Shown here piece by piece: positions 31,881-32,253 of a stretch of 32,253 bases of DNA. A model generated the notes under the pieces. The model did no database searches. It was not told the origin of the DNA and saw only the letters and a list, made by a program, of their open reading frames with translations. Position 1 is the first letter of the stretch. Every line of letters starts with the position of its first letter. A program made the translations under genes and the position numbers. Source of the DNA: Candidatus Woesearchaeota archaeon (lineage in GTDB: Archaea; Nanobdellota; Nanobdellia; Pacearchaeales; GW2011-AR1); contig CAYZEG010000001.1 in assembly GCA_964477635.1 (NCBI GenBank), positions 1-32,253 on the forward strand, read 5' to 3'.

Positions 31881-32253
31881 TCCTTATTCCACTTGAAAAC
31901 AAAAATATGACAAACTGTAAAAAAGTTTGCCTTTTTTACAAGCGTGAAATTTTCCTTTAGCAGTTTAATAATTTCTTCGTAGCGAGTTATATGTTCCGCG
32001 GGAACTTCGGCTTTTCCAACCATTTTTCTTACCTTTCTTGAAATCCAATTTTCTGTTGGCTGTGAAACAATAAGAATAAAATCATTGTTCATCTTCTTGA
32101 AATCATCAAGAATTTTTTGCGTTTCATTTATCGGAATATGCTCAAAAACATCTAGAACAAAAATTTTTGTTGGCTTTATTTTTTTATAATCGTCTATTTG
32201 CGTTTTTTCAGGATTATTGTCAAATCCAGTTATATTATATCCACTCAACTTTC
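31877..32253 (-). CDS. Class I SAM-dependent methyltransferase, C-terminal part (gene runs off the right edge)
   Basis: IFVLDVFEHIPINETQKILDDFKKM resembles the post-motif-II region of Methyltransf_11-type enzymes. The track 'start' is a TTG at the window edge, so the gene is probably truncated. Confidence 0.5.
   Translation of the reverse strand, partial: KLSGYNITGFDNNPEKTQIDDYKKIKPTKIFVLDVFEHIPINETQKILDDFKKMNNDFILIVSQPTENWISRKVRKMVGKAEVPAEHITRYEEIIKLLKENFTLVKKANFFTVCHIFVFKWNKD

Noticed and set aside
1-32253. Searched for CRISPR repeats, tRNA/rRNA-like GC-rich segments, integrase/transposase genes and long direct or inverted repeats that would mark a mobile island.
   Set aside because: None was seen. 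The only repeated sequences are the short promoter motifs. The accessory character of the region rests on gene content alone.

Overview
This AT-rich, very gene-dense window holds about 34 coding regions. I saw no rRNA, tRNA, CRISPR array, transposase or integrase. It reads as a cell-surface glycan biosynthesis island from an archaeon, probably a small-genome or DPANN-like lineage. The archaeal call rests on three things: a recurrent BRE/TATA-like 18-mer that ends 21-24 nt before most operon-leading start codons (leaderless mRNAs), an aIF5A-like gene, and extreme compaction.

Gene content:
- A dTDP-sugar core: rmlA, rmlB and a DegT aminotransferase.
- Six extended-SDR epimerase/dehydratase/reductase paralogues.
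- Two divergent copies of a fused NDP-hexose C-methyltransferase-cupin enzyme.
- A B12-binding radical SAM enzyme.
- FkbM and class I methyltransferases.
- An AsnB-type amidotransferase and a Gfo/Idh/MocA oxidoreductase.
- Six glycosyltransferases: GT4 x2, GT2 x2, a bacterial-type GT9 and a GT-C membrane enzyme.
- A Kennedy-like phospho-alcohol module: P-loop kinase, HAD-cytidylyltransferase fusion and CDP-alcohol phosphotransferase.

Embedded oddities:
- A 64-aa stand-alone IF5A N-domain protein is translationally coupled to a GT2 and shares a perfectly symmetric bidirectional TATA with a QueC-like gene.
- A nucleoside 2-deoxyribosyltransferase-like protein, an orphan HD-domain protein and a half-size AlaE-like membrane protein are also present.

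The best candidates for undescribed biology are the mini-IF5A/GT2 pair (possibly analogous to EF-P glycosylation), the C-methyltransferase-cupin fusions and the phospho-alcohol module.

All functional calls come from motif recognition by eye; no database search was run. Several start codons in the supplied ORF track look over-extended and were re-set using the promoter spacing rule.
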